Shown: positions 21,211 through 31,578, counted from the first letter of the stretch. The stretch is DNA of 64,000 nt from Nostoc sp. (GCA_036918135.1 JBALDB010000011.1:160001-224000); one strand, 5' to 3'. Numbers and translations are program-made. The notes: generated by a model from the letters alone, not told the origin.

Positions 21211-21246
21211 TAACCCGGATTTCTCTTTCGTGAGAAATCCGGGTTA
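21211..21246. repeat. Perfect 15-bp palindromic (REP-like) element
   Basis: TAACCCGGATTTCTC-TTTCGT-GAGAAATCCGGGTTA between convergent genes. Confidence 0.7.
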
Positions 21247-21275
21247 CTTGACAATCATATAGGCAACCAAATGGA

Positions 21276-21947
21276 CTAACTGTTGTTTAGTTCCATTAAC
21301 GAAATTTTCTCGTTAGAATAAAGCCATTTTTCAAAATTGCCTTTACAGCGCGGCCATTCTTTATCTGTCATGGCGAACCAATCGGTATCTCTGTTTTTTC
21401 CACGAACAAACATATGTTGTCGAAAACGACCTTCATAAATGAATCCCATCCTTGCAGCAGTAGTCCGGCTTGTATGGTTAAGTGAATCGCATTTCCATTC
21501 AACTCTACGGTAAGAATGGCGCTCGAAAAGATGTTGAAGTAATAAAAACTGTGATTCTGTATTGACTTTACTTTTGTGGACTGCGGGAGTAAACCATACA
21601 TGACCGATTTCAGCACGACCATGATTGGGGGCGATCGCCAGTAATGCTACAATTCCCACCTGAGTGTTTGCTGAGTTCTCAAAGACTGTCCAAGTCAGAG
21701 GATCGGATTTATCTGCTAAGTTTGTTTCCAGCCAGTCTTTCATTGTCCAAGGGCTATCAAATGGGCCGTAAAATAGATAATTCCATACGGCTTCTTTTTC
21801 AGGACTGCCGTGTGAAGCTGCGTATAAAACATCTATATCTCTTTCTGGAATCAGGGGACTGAGTGTGACAAATTGACCATTGATTTGAAAAAAATCAGGT
21901 CGCTGCCAAGTTCGATTTTGCATGATTTTATGATTTTTTTTATACAC
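21276..21947 (-). CDS. GNAT family N-acetyltransferase (RimJ/RimL-like)
   Basis: AEIGHVWF, YRRVEWKCDSLN..S...AARMGF.YEG.FRQH, NRDTDWF. Confidence 0.92.
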   Translation of the reverse strand: MYKKNHKIMQNRTWQRPDFFQINGQFVTLSPLIPERDIDVLYAASHGSPEKEAVWNYLFYGPFDSPWTMKDWLETNLADKSDPLTWTVFENSANTQVGIVALLAIAPNHGRAEIGHVWFTPAVHKSKVNTESQFLLLQHLFERHSYRRVEWKCDSLNHTSRTTAARMGFIYEGRFRQHMFVRGKNRDTDWFAMTDKEWPRCKGNFEKWLYSNEKISLMELNNS

Positions 21948-22219
21948 AGATAATAGAATTCGTCATTTGTCATTATAAAAACAACTGATACACTCTACTT
22001 TTCATCACCCATACCCTGGTCATTACCTGAGTAATCCAGTCAGTGTTTGCTTTGAAAAACAAATTGTTAAATCTTAACTAAAAAGAGTTTTCCAATTGAA
22101 TTGGAGTGTAGCCCGTGGATGAATAAATGATAAAATACCCCACCAAATTTTCAATTCAGTAGTGCTTTTATACAGTGGTATTAATCCTAACTAATTTATT
22201 CTGACTTCTGTATTCTTTT

Positions 22220-23545
22220 TCAACGTTTAATTCCCTTAAAACGTTCTTGTGCCGCCTGAAAAGCTTCTTGCATTACCAACTGAATTCTCTGGGGATCTGG
22301 TTTTTTACCTCCCATTAAATCACCAAAGTAAACGCAGGCTGCTTCCCCTAATGCCCAGGTATAGGCAGCTGCCCAAGATGCTGCGATCGCACTGCCAAAA
22401 ACTGGTATAAATTTGACTAATTCCCGTCCGATGGCCTGTGCCAGAAAACCACCAGCGATTGTACTCACAACACCCCCCGCTTGGGATGGAGTAAGTGTTT
22501 GTCCATATAATTTTCCTAAAAGACCCACCATCGAAACTTGCAGGGAAGTTAGCACTGGCATTGTAGCAAGTGGTAATGGCACAGCGGCGAGAGTTGCAGA
22601 CATAATTGCAAAAGGCAAAATGTAACGGCGTGCTGTATCACGGTAAAGGTTGCCAATTTGCTTACCAACTTCTTCTCGATCCAATAATTGATAAATCGCC
22701 TGGGCTTCTGCTTGGGGGAGTAGTTCTGCAAGCCTATCTCTTAGGGCTTCTAACCCATAAAATACCGGGTTATAGCCATCTTCTTCTAGGGTAAAGTCAA
22801 TGAGTACAGAGCGATCGTATAGTCCGGCAAAAGTCTCTTCTATCTCAGCAAATGCACGGCTGACTTGCTCAAAGTCTGGCGGATAGGCAGGATGATCGAC
22901 GATATCGGCTGGATAAAGCTCATGCAGGCAGGTAACCGCTAGCAAACAGGGAATATTTGGATACTGCTGGCGCAGCTGTTGAGCAATTTGTCGTAGGGTG
23001 TCAGTTGCAAAATCATTGATTTTGACGGTCAAAAGTAAGATTCTGGCAGAACGAGTGTCCTGTTGCAAATCCCCAACTAACTCTTGAATTACTCCTTTTG
23101 TATCCTGTTTGACATCTCCCAATCCCACAGTATCAGTAAAAATCAGTAATGGCAGGTCATTGGAAGGATAGGCATAACGTTGGGTGTGCTGGGTGTGGGG
23201 ACGAAATCCCTGACCAACAATTTCGGCAGAAACTCCCGTTAGTCCCCGCACGATTGAGCTTTTACCTGCTTGTGGCTTACCAATTAACAGGGCTTGTGTA
23301 GTTGGCAGTTCGGCTCGAACTTTGTCTAGAATGTCTGCAACTTGCGCCTCACTTACACTAAACCAATCAACAACTGTCTGTGCCAGTTGTTCTAGGGGTA
23401 AGAGTTGCGTCAAACCTGTTGTTGCTTTGTTCCAGACGCCAGCAATGCGATTTTGCCAGGAATTACCGACCGAATTGTTTGTCCCAGTATCGGTAAGTTC
23501 ACTCAATTGCTCAGAGTCAGGATCGCGTTGCTTACTCATTCCCAT
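22220..23545 (-). CDS. P-loop GTPase domain protein with C-terminal DUF697/YcjF-like membrane region
   Basis: GKPQAGKSS (G1), DTVG (G3), C-terminal AAVPLP..QVSMV..LGKLYG and hydrophobic helices. Confidence 0.85.
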   Translation of the reverse strand: MGMSKQRDPDSEQLSELTDTGTNNSVGNSWQNRIAGVWNKATTGLTQLLPLEQLAQTVVDWFSVSEAQVADILDKVRAELPTTQALLIGKPQAGKSSIVRGLTGVSAEIVGQGFRPHTQHTQRYAYPSNDLPLLIFTDTVGLGDVKQDTKGVIQELVGDLQQDTRSARILLLTVKINDFATDTLRQIAQQLRQQYPNIPCLLAVTCLHELYPADIVDHPAYPPDFEQVSRAFAEIEETFAGLYDRSVLIDFTLEEDGYNPVFYGLEALRDRLAELLPQAEAQAIYQLLDREEVGKQIGNLYRDTARRYILPFAIMSATLAAVPLPLATMPVLTSLQVSMVGLLGKLYGQTLTPSQAGGVVSTIAGGFLAQAIGRELVKFIPVFGSAIAASWAAAYTWALGEAACVYFGDLMGGKKPDPQRIQLVMQEAFQAAQERFKGIKR

Positions 23546-23892
23546 GAAAACGGTAGATAGAATTTAAGTCCTGTCTATATTCATCCTACTGTTAAACTCG
23601 GTTGAGCTTGGGTTAATTTCCTCATCCTCAAGTTTAGTTTAGGGACTTCCAATTGAAGAATTCAGGAGCAAAGCCACAGACGCTTTGCCAAGGCGTTAGA
23701 ATCAATCACAGGGAGATTCTAAACTCCCCATTCAAATCTATGATTTGCCGGGGATTTTAAACTCCTCTATCCATCCGCCAGTCGGACTCAAATTCATGCT
23801 GAATTCTAACGCCTGAATTCTGTTTTAATCAAAAAACAACTGACAAATAATAAATTAGCAGCCAAAAATATTTTATTCAGATTGCAGTAAAC

Positions 23893-24603
23893 CTATAATC
23901 GCACAGTTGACCGCAACATAATCACTTTACGACTATCTACGATACTGGTAACAAAACCGCGATCGTTTAGCTTTTGTAATGTGTTATACGCTTCACTTTG
24001 ATTGGTAGTATAAACTGCCAATAAGTAGGGGCGTTGTCCGTAAGAAACAAAACCGACATTACCTCCCACCACTTGCTGGACGCTATTTGCTAGTTCTGGG
24101 CGATTGTAATAATCTACCAGTACAGCAAAACCCTCTCCTAAGGCTTGAGGGTTATAATTAACTGTCTGCTGCTGAGATGGTTGTGATTGTACAATATCTG
24201 GTGCTGTTGGTCGAGTAGTAATGATAGCAGACAAACCAACAATATTACTGACATACCTTGCCCATCGGTTGGCATCGTCAATTTTGTTAAAGCCTCCAAT
24301 ACGCGTCACAGTTTCATTGAGATATTGACAGGTGATAGTCTTGAGTTTAGGCGGTAAGGCACTACGTAACTGCTTTTGATTATCTGCCGTAGGACTGACT
24401 ACTAATAAAAGATACTCACCTGCATTTGGTGGTTGACAATTAGGAATGGTTTGTTGGGCAAAGCCAGAACTCATGCCACCAATTAATGCTGCGTAAGCGA
24501 AGCTCGTCGTAGCGAAAAGTCGGAGCGGCGGCTTCCGCCGATCTGAACTTTTTAAGACAGACATCGCTAATCCTAAAACACTTGGTATCTGAAATCTCAG
24601 CAC
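23893..24603 (-). CDS. Hypothetical secreted protein; signal peptide interrupted by a 69-nt repeat insertion
   Basis: 236-aa ORF; removing 24494-24562 restores MLRFQIPSVLGLAIAALIGGMSSGFAQ. Confidence 0.8.
   Translation of the reverse strand: MLRFQIPSVLGLAMSVLKSSDRRKPPLRLFATTSFAYAALIGGMSSGFAQQTIPNCQPPNAGEYLLLVVSPTADNQKQLRSALPPKLKTITCQYLNETVTRIGGFNKIDDANRWARYVSNIVGLSAIITTRPTAPDIVQSQPSQQQTVNYNPQALGEGFAVLVDYYNRPELANSVQQVVGGNVGFVSYGQRPYLLAVYTTNQSEAYNTLQKLNDRGFVTSIVDSRKVIMLRSTVRL
24494..24562. mobile_element. HIP1-inserted 21-nt small dispersed repeat with a nested 48-nt palindromic element
   Basis: GCG[69 nt]ATCGC; outer parts resemble the 21-mer at 38233-38253; inner 24511-24558 is a stem-loop. 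Confidence 0.85.
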
Positions 24604-24750
24604 AAAAGTTACTATAGATAAATTATGGTGTCATAAAAGATTTTATAAACAAAAATAAGGAGTGGCGAGTAGGAAATAGGAACTGGGGACTGGGAAAGTG
24701 TTTCTCAACAAATATTTAATTCTTAATCTCCAGTACCTAATCCCCAATTT

Positions 24751-25086
24751 TTAAGATACGGTAGCTAAAGATGCCAATGCATCTGGTATTGTCTCACAAG
24801 GAGCTTGGAATTCTCCTGCGATGACGTACTCTAAACGTAATTTTAACCAAGTAATAAATTGGGGATTAGTGGAAATAATAGCTACTGCTGGTTGAGGACA
24901 CTTCGCTTTTAACTCTGCCAGCTGAGGCGCTTCTAAGAAAGCTGGTTGCTTAACCAACCAAAAATCAATTTGTTTTTCTTGTTCGTGGTAATGACGGGTG
25001 CGTTCTTTGAGAACTTCGTCTATCGGTTCTTCTTCCAGAAGAAAGCGTTGACTGGCCAAAACGTAATAGTATGTTTGCATTTTCAT
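24751..25086 (-). CDS. ycf54: MgPME cyclase auxiliary protein Ycf54
   Basis: YYYVLASQRFLLEEEP.DEVLKER..HY...DFWLV.QPAFL..FITWLKLRL. Confidence 0.93.
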   Translation of the reverse strand: MKMQTYYYVLASQRFLLEEEPIDEVLKERTRHYHEQEKQIDFWLVKQPAFLEAPQLAELKAKCPQPAVAIISTNPQFITWLKLRLEYVIAGEFQAPCETIPDALASLATVS

Positions 25087-25145
25087 CCTTTGCTTACTAT
25101 GTGAAGAATTTCAGGGCACAGTGCAGCACTCTGTACCCTGATAAA

Positions 25146-25865
25146 TTAACTTTGGCGGAATTTCTTGAACCAAGAACTGAACGGACAAGCACTTCCTTGT
25201 TTGTCTGCACCCGCTTGTTTGCCACCAGATGTTAGCTTGCTTAAGAACAGACTGTTGTCAAAGTAGTGTTCTAAGGAAATAATCTTTAAGTCATCGGTAA
25301 CTTTTGCAATGCTCATGCCGATAATTTCTACCGTCTCTCCAGTAGGTGCATAGTCTTTGTATTGTCCATTAAAATGTCCCCAATGCCGCCACTTAAATGT
25401 TACATTCGGTGGCCCTGAGAAAACTTCCAGCACTTCCCAAGGAAATCCTTTGGGAAATGTTCTGTGGAAGACTTTTGCGGATGATTCAAAGCTTTCTTCT
25501 GAAGCCTTGTAGTGTTCTGAATCAGCCATAAATAGATTGTAAGTACCTTGGGCTGATAAATCTGCTGCTGTGTAGTCTACTCCACCATTGCTACTGACAC
25601 GAAACTTATCATTCACAATAGATAACCACTGCTGCGGGTTAGCTTTAAAGGATACTTCCATCTCGAAGGTTCGCACCAAGTTTTCGACAATCGCTTCCAG
25701 TGTACCTTCAAGGTGATTACACGTACTTTCTTGAGCTAAATTCTCTTTTGAGCGAGAATAATCCGGTGGTGTCTGATAGCGCCACACGGTATCAGTGCTT
25801 TCTGCTATTACCCGATCTCGATCCTGTACCCAAAGTGGTAGGTTGTTAAACTGTGTTGCGCTCAT
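25146..25865 (-). CDS. SnoaL-like / plant pathogen-related family protein
   Basis: WRYQTPPDY, LEAIVENLVRTFEME, GFPWEVLEVFSGPP.VTFKWRHWG, C-terminal CPF. Confidence 0.8.
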   Translation of the reverse strand: MSATQFNNLPLWVQDRDRVIAESTDTVWRYQTPPDYSRSKENLAQESTCNHLEGTLEAIVENLVRTFEMEVSFKANPQQWLSIVNDKFRVSSNGGVDYTAADLSAQGTYNLFMADSEHYKASEESFESSAKVFHRTFPKGFPWEVLEVFSGPPNVTFKWRHWGHFNGQYKDYAPTGETVEIIGMSIAKVTDDLKIISLEHYFDNSLFLSKLTSGGKQAGADKQGSACPFSSWFKKFRQS

Positions 25866-25937
25866 AGAAGTTTTTGCTGAAGATTTTTTCTAGATTTCGC
25901 AGTTCCAACCCCTCTTGTTACGATTGGGTAGTGTGGA

Positions 25938-25983
25938 CACTTCTCTACGAGAGGCTGCGCTAACGGCAAGCTCAGTGCATCGC
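25938..25983. repeat. Nested small dispersed repeats
   Basis: ACTTC[TCTACGAGAGGCTGCGCTAAC]GGCAAGCTCAGTGCATCGC; inner 21-mer resembles TCTACGAGACGCTCCGCGAAC at 31661-31681. Confidence 0.65.
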
Positions 25984-26075
25984 TGAGTACTGGGGATTGG
26001 ATACTCAAGATTGGGCATTCAGAAAACTTTTCTTTAGTCCCTAGTCCTCAGTCCCCAGTCGCCATTCCCTAGTCC

Positions 26076-26801
26076 CTAGTCCCCATTCCCTCTAATGGCT
26101 TTTTTCATCTCACGGACTGCTCGTTCTATACCTACTAAGGCTGCCCGACTGATGATGGTGTGACCAATGTTTAGTTCTTCCATACCTGGAAGCGCAGCAA
26201 CTGGATAGACGTTCCAGTAGGTTAGTCCATGACCAGCGTTGACTCGCAAGCCTGCTTGAATCGCTTGTTCGCACCCTTTAGCTAATACGGCTAATTCTCG
26301 ATGGCGATTTGTTTCGTCCTTAGCCTCAGCATATTGTCCGGTGTGCAATTCAATAAATTTAGCTTGCACCTTGACAGATGCTTCAATTTGTGCGCGTTCG
26401 GCGTCGATAAATAAACTAACTGGAATGCCAGCGCTTTGCAATTTATCAACTATCTCACCTATTCTAGCAATTTGCCCCACAATATCTAGTCCGCCTTCTG
26501 TTGTGACTTCTTCACGTTTTTCGGGGACTAAAGTTACATAATCTGGTTTTATATCGAGAGCGATCGCTAACATTTCATCTGTAGCGGCCATTTCTAAATT
26601 TAAGTGAGTTCTCACTGTTTGTCTTAAGATTCGCACATCCCGATCTTGGATATGTCGGCGATCTTCTCGCAGATGCACCGTAATTCCATCTGCACCTCCT
26701 AATTCTGCCAGTACTGCCGCCGCTACTGGGTCTGGTTCCACCGTCCGCCGTGCTTGCCTGATGGTAGCAATGTGGTCAATGTTAACGCCAAGTGTAGACA
26801 C
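26076..26801 (-). CDS. pdxJ: Pyridoxine 5'-phosphate synthase
   Basis: [42 protein letters not shown]; probable GTG start at 26801. Confidence 0.97.
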   Translation of the reverse strand: MSTLGVNIDHIATIRQARRTVEPDPVAAAVLAELGGADGITVHLREDRRHIQDRDVRILRQTVRTHLNLEMAATDEMLAIALDIKPDYVTLVPEKREEVTTEGGLDIVGQIARIGEIVDKLQSAGIPVSLFIDAERAQIEASVKVQAKFIELHTGQYAEAKDETNRHRELAVLAKGCEQAIQAGLRVNAGHGLTYWNVYPVAALPGMEELNIGHTIISRAALVGIERAVREMKKAIRGNGD

Positions 26802-27117
26802 CCCAAAATTCTCCCAATCCACAGTCCTCAGAACTTGATTTTACCGGAAATATCAGGAGTTTGGCTTGAGAGTTAGATATACCACACACGTTAAGCGAAC
26901 TCCAAGATATAAATTATCCCGTTTGAAGTTGCTGACTGATGACTGTTGAGTGTTGAGCGTGAACAGTGGTTTTTATTTGTTAGTCCCTAACAGCAATCGG
27001 TTATCAAATCGAGCGAGCAATATTTTTAGTCCCTTTGAATCAAGTACATAGTAGGGCAGCACAGCTATGGTAACCTACGAATCATCTGTACTCTATTCAA
27101 TCGCAAACCGTTATAAA

Positions 27118-27154
27118 AAACAAAAGCAAGGTCGCAAATGCCTTGCTTTTGTTT
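27118..27154 (-). terminator. Intrinsic terminator-like hairpin in a divergent intergenic region
   Basis: 14-bp perfect stem AAACAAAAGCAAGG / CCTTGCTTTTGTTT with a U-tract on the minus strand. Confidence 0.7.
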
Positions 27155-27389
27155 CATTTCACTCTACTACACTAAACCTACGTCCCTCACCAAGTCTTCT
27201 CTTCATACCTCAGGCACAGCTAAGTGTTAAATCTGACTGTTAAACTCAATACACAATCTCACAGTAAGTAACATTTGTTTATTTTTCATTCATAATCGAG
27301 CCATTTTGTAAAGTAGCCAAACTCCTACTTCAGTAGGGGGACTGACTGATCGAGGAATCAGGTAAATTAAGATAAGTAAAGAAAACGTT

Positions 27390-28079
27390 TTGAATTCAAT
27401 GACAGCTTTAAGCTTAGAAGAAATTTCTACTCAGTTAGAAAGTCCAAATTTGCGCGATCGCATGTTAGCCCTTGCTAATCTGCGTCACGTTCCTGCTGAA
27501 GATGCAGTACCTTTGATAAAAAAAGTACTAGACGACGAATCTTTGCAACTGCGATCGATGGCAATATTTGCCCTTGGAGTCAAGTCTACGCCAGAATCTT
27601 TTCCAATTTTAGTGAGAATTCTCGAAGCTGACCCAGATTACGGTATTCGTGCTGATGCAGCTGGTGCTTTAGGATATCTGGGTGATGCCAGAGCTTTTGA
27701 GGTACTTTCACGGGCATTTTATGAAGATACTGATTGGTTAGTACGCTTTAGTGCAGCCGTGTCTCTAGGTAATATTAAAGACCCTCGTGCCCATCAAGTT
27801 CTACTGCAAGCCCTCGATAGCAAAGAAATAGTATTGCAAGAAGCTGCAATCTCTGCACTTGGAGAAATTAAAGACATTGAATCTGTCGATAGTATTTTAC
27901 GGTTTGCCCAATCTGATGATTGGTTAATTAGGCAGCGTCTAGCAGAAGCTTTAGGCAATCTTCCCACTCCCAAGAGCGTCTCAGCTTTAAAATACCTGGA
28001 AAAAGACAATCATTTTAACGTCGCTGAGGCAGCAAGAATTAGTCTCAAGAGGCTTGAGGAAATAGGCAATCAAGCTTAA
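27390..28079 (+). CDS. nblB: PBS-lyase HEAT-repeat protein, NblB-like
   Basis: HEAT repeats LRSMAIFALG, IRADAAGALGYLGD, WLVRFSAAVSLGN, RQRLAEALG; adjacent to a bilin lyase. Confidence 0.8.
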   Translation: MNSMTALSLEEISTQLESPNLRDRMLALANLRHVPAEDAVPLIKKVLDDESLQLRSMAIFALGVKSTPESFPILVRILEADPDYGIRADAAGALGYLGDARAFEVLSRAFYEDTDWLVRFSAAVSLGNIKDPRAHQVLLQALDSKEIVLQEAAISALGEIKDIESVDSILRFAQSDDWLIRQRLAEALGNLPTPKSVSALKYLEKDNHFNVAEAARISLKRLEEIGNQA

Positions 28080-28154
28080 TATTAAAGCCTCCTACTAGCT
28101 TTTAATAATAATTAAGTGGGAATTTTTGCATTTTGATGCAGGGTAATTTCATTC

Positions 28155-28721
28155 ATGAATATTGAAGAGTTTTTTGAGTTAAGTGCTGGGAAATGGTTTT
28201 CCCATCGTACTATTCATTATTTAGCTTTGAATCAATCTGAACATGGCAAGTCAGAGATTGTGATTGAGGCACTGCCAGCAGATCATCCAGAAGTGAGTAA
28301 ATTGTGTCAACAGTACGAAATTAATTCTAGTTCTGCCTCTTGTGGTCTTAAAGTCACCTGGAACGGCACAACAGAACGCGAGCAAGTAAAACATAGCGGT
28401 TCAACTGTATTAGTTTCAATACCTGACGCCGATAATCCAGACCAAGGCAAGTTACTTAGACAAATAGTTGATACAGATAAAACTCCAGTTCCCGGACGCT
28501 ATCAGATAGACAGTGATGGTGCTTTGACTCTAACTATAGAAGATGAAACCATGAAATCTGAGGAGCGTCTGTGGTTTGCTAGCCCCAATTTACGAATGCG
28601 AGTGAATGTCTTGAAGCGTTCTGCTGGGTTTAGTATCACTTCCTTCACTTCTGAGATTCGTTTGGGTGGCTTTCCACCTGCGGCGAAGGCGAACGAGGCG
28701 GCTAGTTCAGTTTCGAGTTAA
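28155..28721 (+). CDS. cpcS: CpcS/CpeS-family phycobiliprotein lyase
   Basis: [35 protein letters not shown]. Confidence 0.85.
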   Translation: MNIEEFFELSAGKWFSHRTIHYLALNQSEHGKSEIVIEALPADHPEVSKLCQQYEINSSSASCGLKVTWNGTTEREQVKHSGSTVLVSIPDADNPDQGKLLRQIVDTDKTPVPGRYQIDSDGALTLTIEDETMKSEERLWFASPNLRMRVNVLKRSAGFSITSFTSEIRLGGFPPAAKANEAASSVSS

Positions 28722-29077
28722 TTTGAAGACAAAATATTCCCCCTTTTGTTCGGGGGAATTACATTTAACATTTTGGATTAAAACATCACTCAAAAATCAT
28801 AAATTTGAGCGTGTCCTATTTGATTTAAAAAAATTTGTGGTGTACAGATATTATCTCCTATTTGCAAAAATCTTTGCAACAAATGAATCGGCTGTAGAAG
28901 TATATACCTGTACATCCCTACTCAATATATCTGTCGCATTCTTATTTCAAATTAGAATGACTTTTAAATAAGTCTGGTATCTAAATTTCCATGAATACTT
29001 GAGGATTGCTGTGTAGTTAATTTCATAGTTGAGAAAAAGAAAATTTAAACATTTTTGTTAACCTGTAGCGAGACTCT

Positions 29078-30598
29078 TTAGATTTGTAAAAAGTTGGCGA
29101 TCGCCTGGGGTAATGGCAGTATAATAACAACCAACAAACCCATTGCTAGCAATCCCCAAACATCACGTCCATTATCCAATTCAGTGACATCATTCAGGGC
29201 AGGTTCATCAATCAATGGCATGAATAATAAGATAATTGCCCACAACAAAAATTCTTCTTGAACTAAAGAAAGTAATAGTAAGAGTATACGAGCAATTTGA
29301 CCAATTACAATTGCGGTTCGTTGTCCAAACATCGCATGGACAATGTGACCTCCATCTAGTTGTCCTACAGGCATTAAATTTAAAGCAGTGACAACTAATC
29401 CGATAAAACCGGCTACTGCTACTGGATGTAAGTCAAGAGCCGATTTTGCTGTTAATTCACTACCTAAAGCTAACTTCGAGAGTAGCGCTAATAAAATAGA
29501 ATATTTGGGATTAAGGGCATCAGGATTTAGAAGTCGGGTTTTTTCTGTCAAGGGAATCACATCAGAATGAGCCAATCCCCAAATTAGTACTGGCAAGGTG
29601 ACGATAAAGCCGGCAATTGGCCCAGCAATACTAATGTCAAATAAGGCTTTGCGGTTGGGAATTGGACTACGCATTTGAATGAATGCGCCAAAAGTTCCCA
29701 AAAAGAAAGGCACAGGAATAAAGTAAGGCAATGTCGAGCGAATTTTGTAGAATTTAGCTATTAAATAATGTCCAAGTTCATGAGTGCCTAAAATCGCCAT
29801 TAGTCCTAGAGCATAGGGCAATCCCTTGAGTAGGATATCTGGATTAGATATAACTTTGAGCAAAGATTTTATTTCCCAGATTCGTGGGAGAGAAACATCA
29901 GCAATTTCCACTCCCACTATAGTAGTAGTTATAAAAGTAGCGAATAGCAATAAAAGTGCTAAACCTGGGCGAGTTAACTGTTGTTGGTCGCGTCGTGGTG
30001 TATTTGTCTGTTTCGCGGCTTGAGTGTTCGGAACTAGTACAAAGAAAGGTTTGCCATTGAAACCTTCTTGAAAGATTAATAGGAAGCGATCGCCAAATTG
30101 TGCTTCAATATTACTCTTAATCTGCTGATAAGCGTTGCTAGCTTTGGTTCGCAACTGACCGCGACAAATCACCGCTTGTGGTCGATACTCAATATTTTGG
30201 ACGTAATATACAGACCAAGGAAAACAATTTCGCAGTTGAGTTTCTTCCCTTGGTTCAATGGGACGTACTGTTGTTTCTACGGGAGGCTGGATAATTGGCT
30301 GTGATTCTGGGGCTTGGGTTTGGGCTTCGGTCTGTGTATCTGTTGGTACTCGACGCCCCCATTGAAACAATATCCAGTAGAACACTATGGAGATAAATAA
30401 AGACCACATAAACAATCCTACTGGCGGAGGTTGTTTCGCCCCGTACATCAGCATCCATCCAATCAACAGCAATGCTGGTGTCATTAAAACCAACCACAAC
30501 AACCATACTGGCGTCCGGGTGATCTGAGCGACGCTATGCTGCACCATTAGATAAGTAGCTAGCCCCAGTAGGAGGAGAAACAAAAACCAAAATTCCAT
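29078..30598 (-). CDS. Site-2 protease (peptidase M50) family
   Basis: HELGH, AGP, NLMPVGQLDGGH; likely ATG at 30598. Confidence 0.93.
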   Translation of the reverse strand: MEFWFLFLLLLGLATYLMVQHSVAQITRTPVWLLWLVLMTPALLLIGWMLMYGAKQPPPVGLFMWSLFISIVFYWILFQWGRRVPTDTQTEAQTQAPESQPIIQPPVETTVRPIEPREETQLRNCFPWSVYYVQNIEYRPQAVICRGQLRTKASNAYQQIKSNIEAQFGDRFLLIFQEGFNGKPFFVLVPNTQAAKQTNTPRRDQQQLTRPGLALLLLFATFITTTIVGVEIADVSLPRIWEIKSLLKVISNPDILLKGLPYALGLMAILGTHELGHYLIAKFYKIRSTLPYFIPVPFFLGTFGAFIQMRSPIPNRKALFDISIAGPIAGFIVTLPVLIWGLAHSDVIPLTEKTRLLNPDALNPKYSILLALLSKLALGSELTAKSALDLHPVAVAGFIGLVVTALNLMPVGQLDGGHIVHAMFGQRTAIVIGQIARILLLLLSLVQEEFLLWAIILLFMPLIDEPALNDVTELDNGRDVWGLLAMGLLVVIILPLPQAIANFLQI

Positions 30599-30791
30599 AT
30601 TATCTTCAGTATTTTTGACAAAACGCCCTGCCAGTAGCTTTAGCACCATCGCCTTAACACTAGGCAGACCTCAAACCCCAATCTTTTTAACAATGGTTAC
30701 CAGTGCTAGTTAAAGTTTAAGTTTCAATCCTTGAGAATTTTTACACTATAACCAGATTATCCACAACTCCTCAGTTTCGGTTCTTTATATT

Positions 30792-31526
30792 ATGTCTCCT
30801 TTACCTCAACAACCAAGTCGCACAACAAACCCACCACGGGCTGTGTTTGTTGACGAAATTCCTAGCAAAGATTCTCTGGGAAGGAATTTCGCACAAGAGA
30901 GCATTTTTGCTTTTCCACCCAATCGAGACACATTAGGGGGAACCTCTTATTTTATTGTAAGAAATGAAAGCAACATCCTCATAGACTGCCCTACCCTAGA
31001 CCAAACAAATCAAGATTTTTTAACAGCGCATGGCGGCGTGGATTGGTTATTTCTCACGCATCGAGGTGCTATTGGTAAGACCCCCGAAATTCAGCAAATT
31101 TTTGGTTGCAAAGTCCTGATTCAAGAACAAGAAGCTTATTTATTACCAGGCTTAACCGTAACTACTTTTAGCCAAGAATTTACTGTTGATGCAGAAATAC
31201 AAGTGATTTGGACACCAGGTCATTCTCCTGGCTCATCTTGCCTATACTACAGCCAACTTGGAGGCATACTGTTTTCTGGTCGCCATTTAGTCCCCAACCA
31301 GCAAGGTAAACCAGTACCATTACGGACAGCCAAAACTTTCCACTGGCCGCGACAAATTAACAGTCTTCGATTGTTACTAGAACGTTTTACACCAGAAACT
31401 CTCCAGTACATTTGTCCTGGAGCAAATATAGGCTTTCTTAGAGGCAAGCGGTTCATAGCTCAAGCTTATCAGCACCTTGCCTGTGTTGATTTACAAGTTT
31501 TGTTGCAGATAGAGCCTCTACTTTAG
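30792..31526 (+). CDS. MBL-fold metallo-hydrolase-like protein
   Basis: AFPPNRDTLGGTSY, LIDCP, FLTHRG, WTPGHSPGS, FSGRH. Confidence 0.85.
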   Translation: MSPLPQQPSRTTNPPRAVFVDEIPSKDSLGRNFAQESIFAFPPNRDTLGGTSYFIVRNESNILIDCPTLDQTNQDFLTAHGGVDWLFLTHRGAIGKTPEIQQIFGCKVLIQEQEAYLLPGLTVTTFSQEFTVDAEIQVIWTPGHSPGSSCLYYSQLGGILFSGRHLVPNQQGKPVPLRTAKTFHWPRQINSLRLLLERFTPETLQYICPGANIGFLRGKRFIAQAYQHLACVDLQVLLQIEPLL

Positions 31527-31578
31527 AGGCGCAAATTCCTGAATTTTAAATTGAGAGACTGCTGCTTCAATAAAGTTT

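Noticed and set aside
26893..27110. Degenerate MITE-like remnants (also near 6490-6625, 23640-23820 and 51478)
   Set aside because: Too eroded to delimit reliably; treated as background dispersed repeats
28894..28907. GTA-N8-TAC match (NtcA-like)
   Set aside because: Lies between convergent genes inside a repeat-like remnant, with no promoter context
28666..28971. 101-aa ORF after cpcS
   Set aside because: Overlaps the cpcS end and runs through AT-rich repeat remnants
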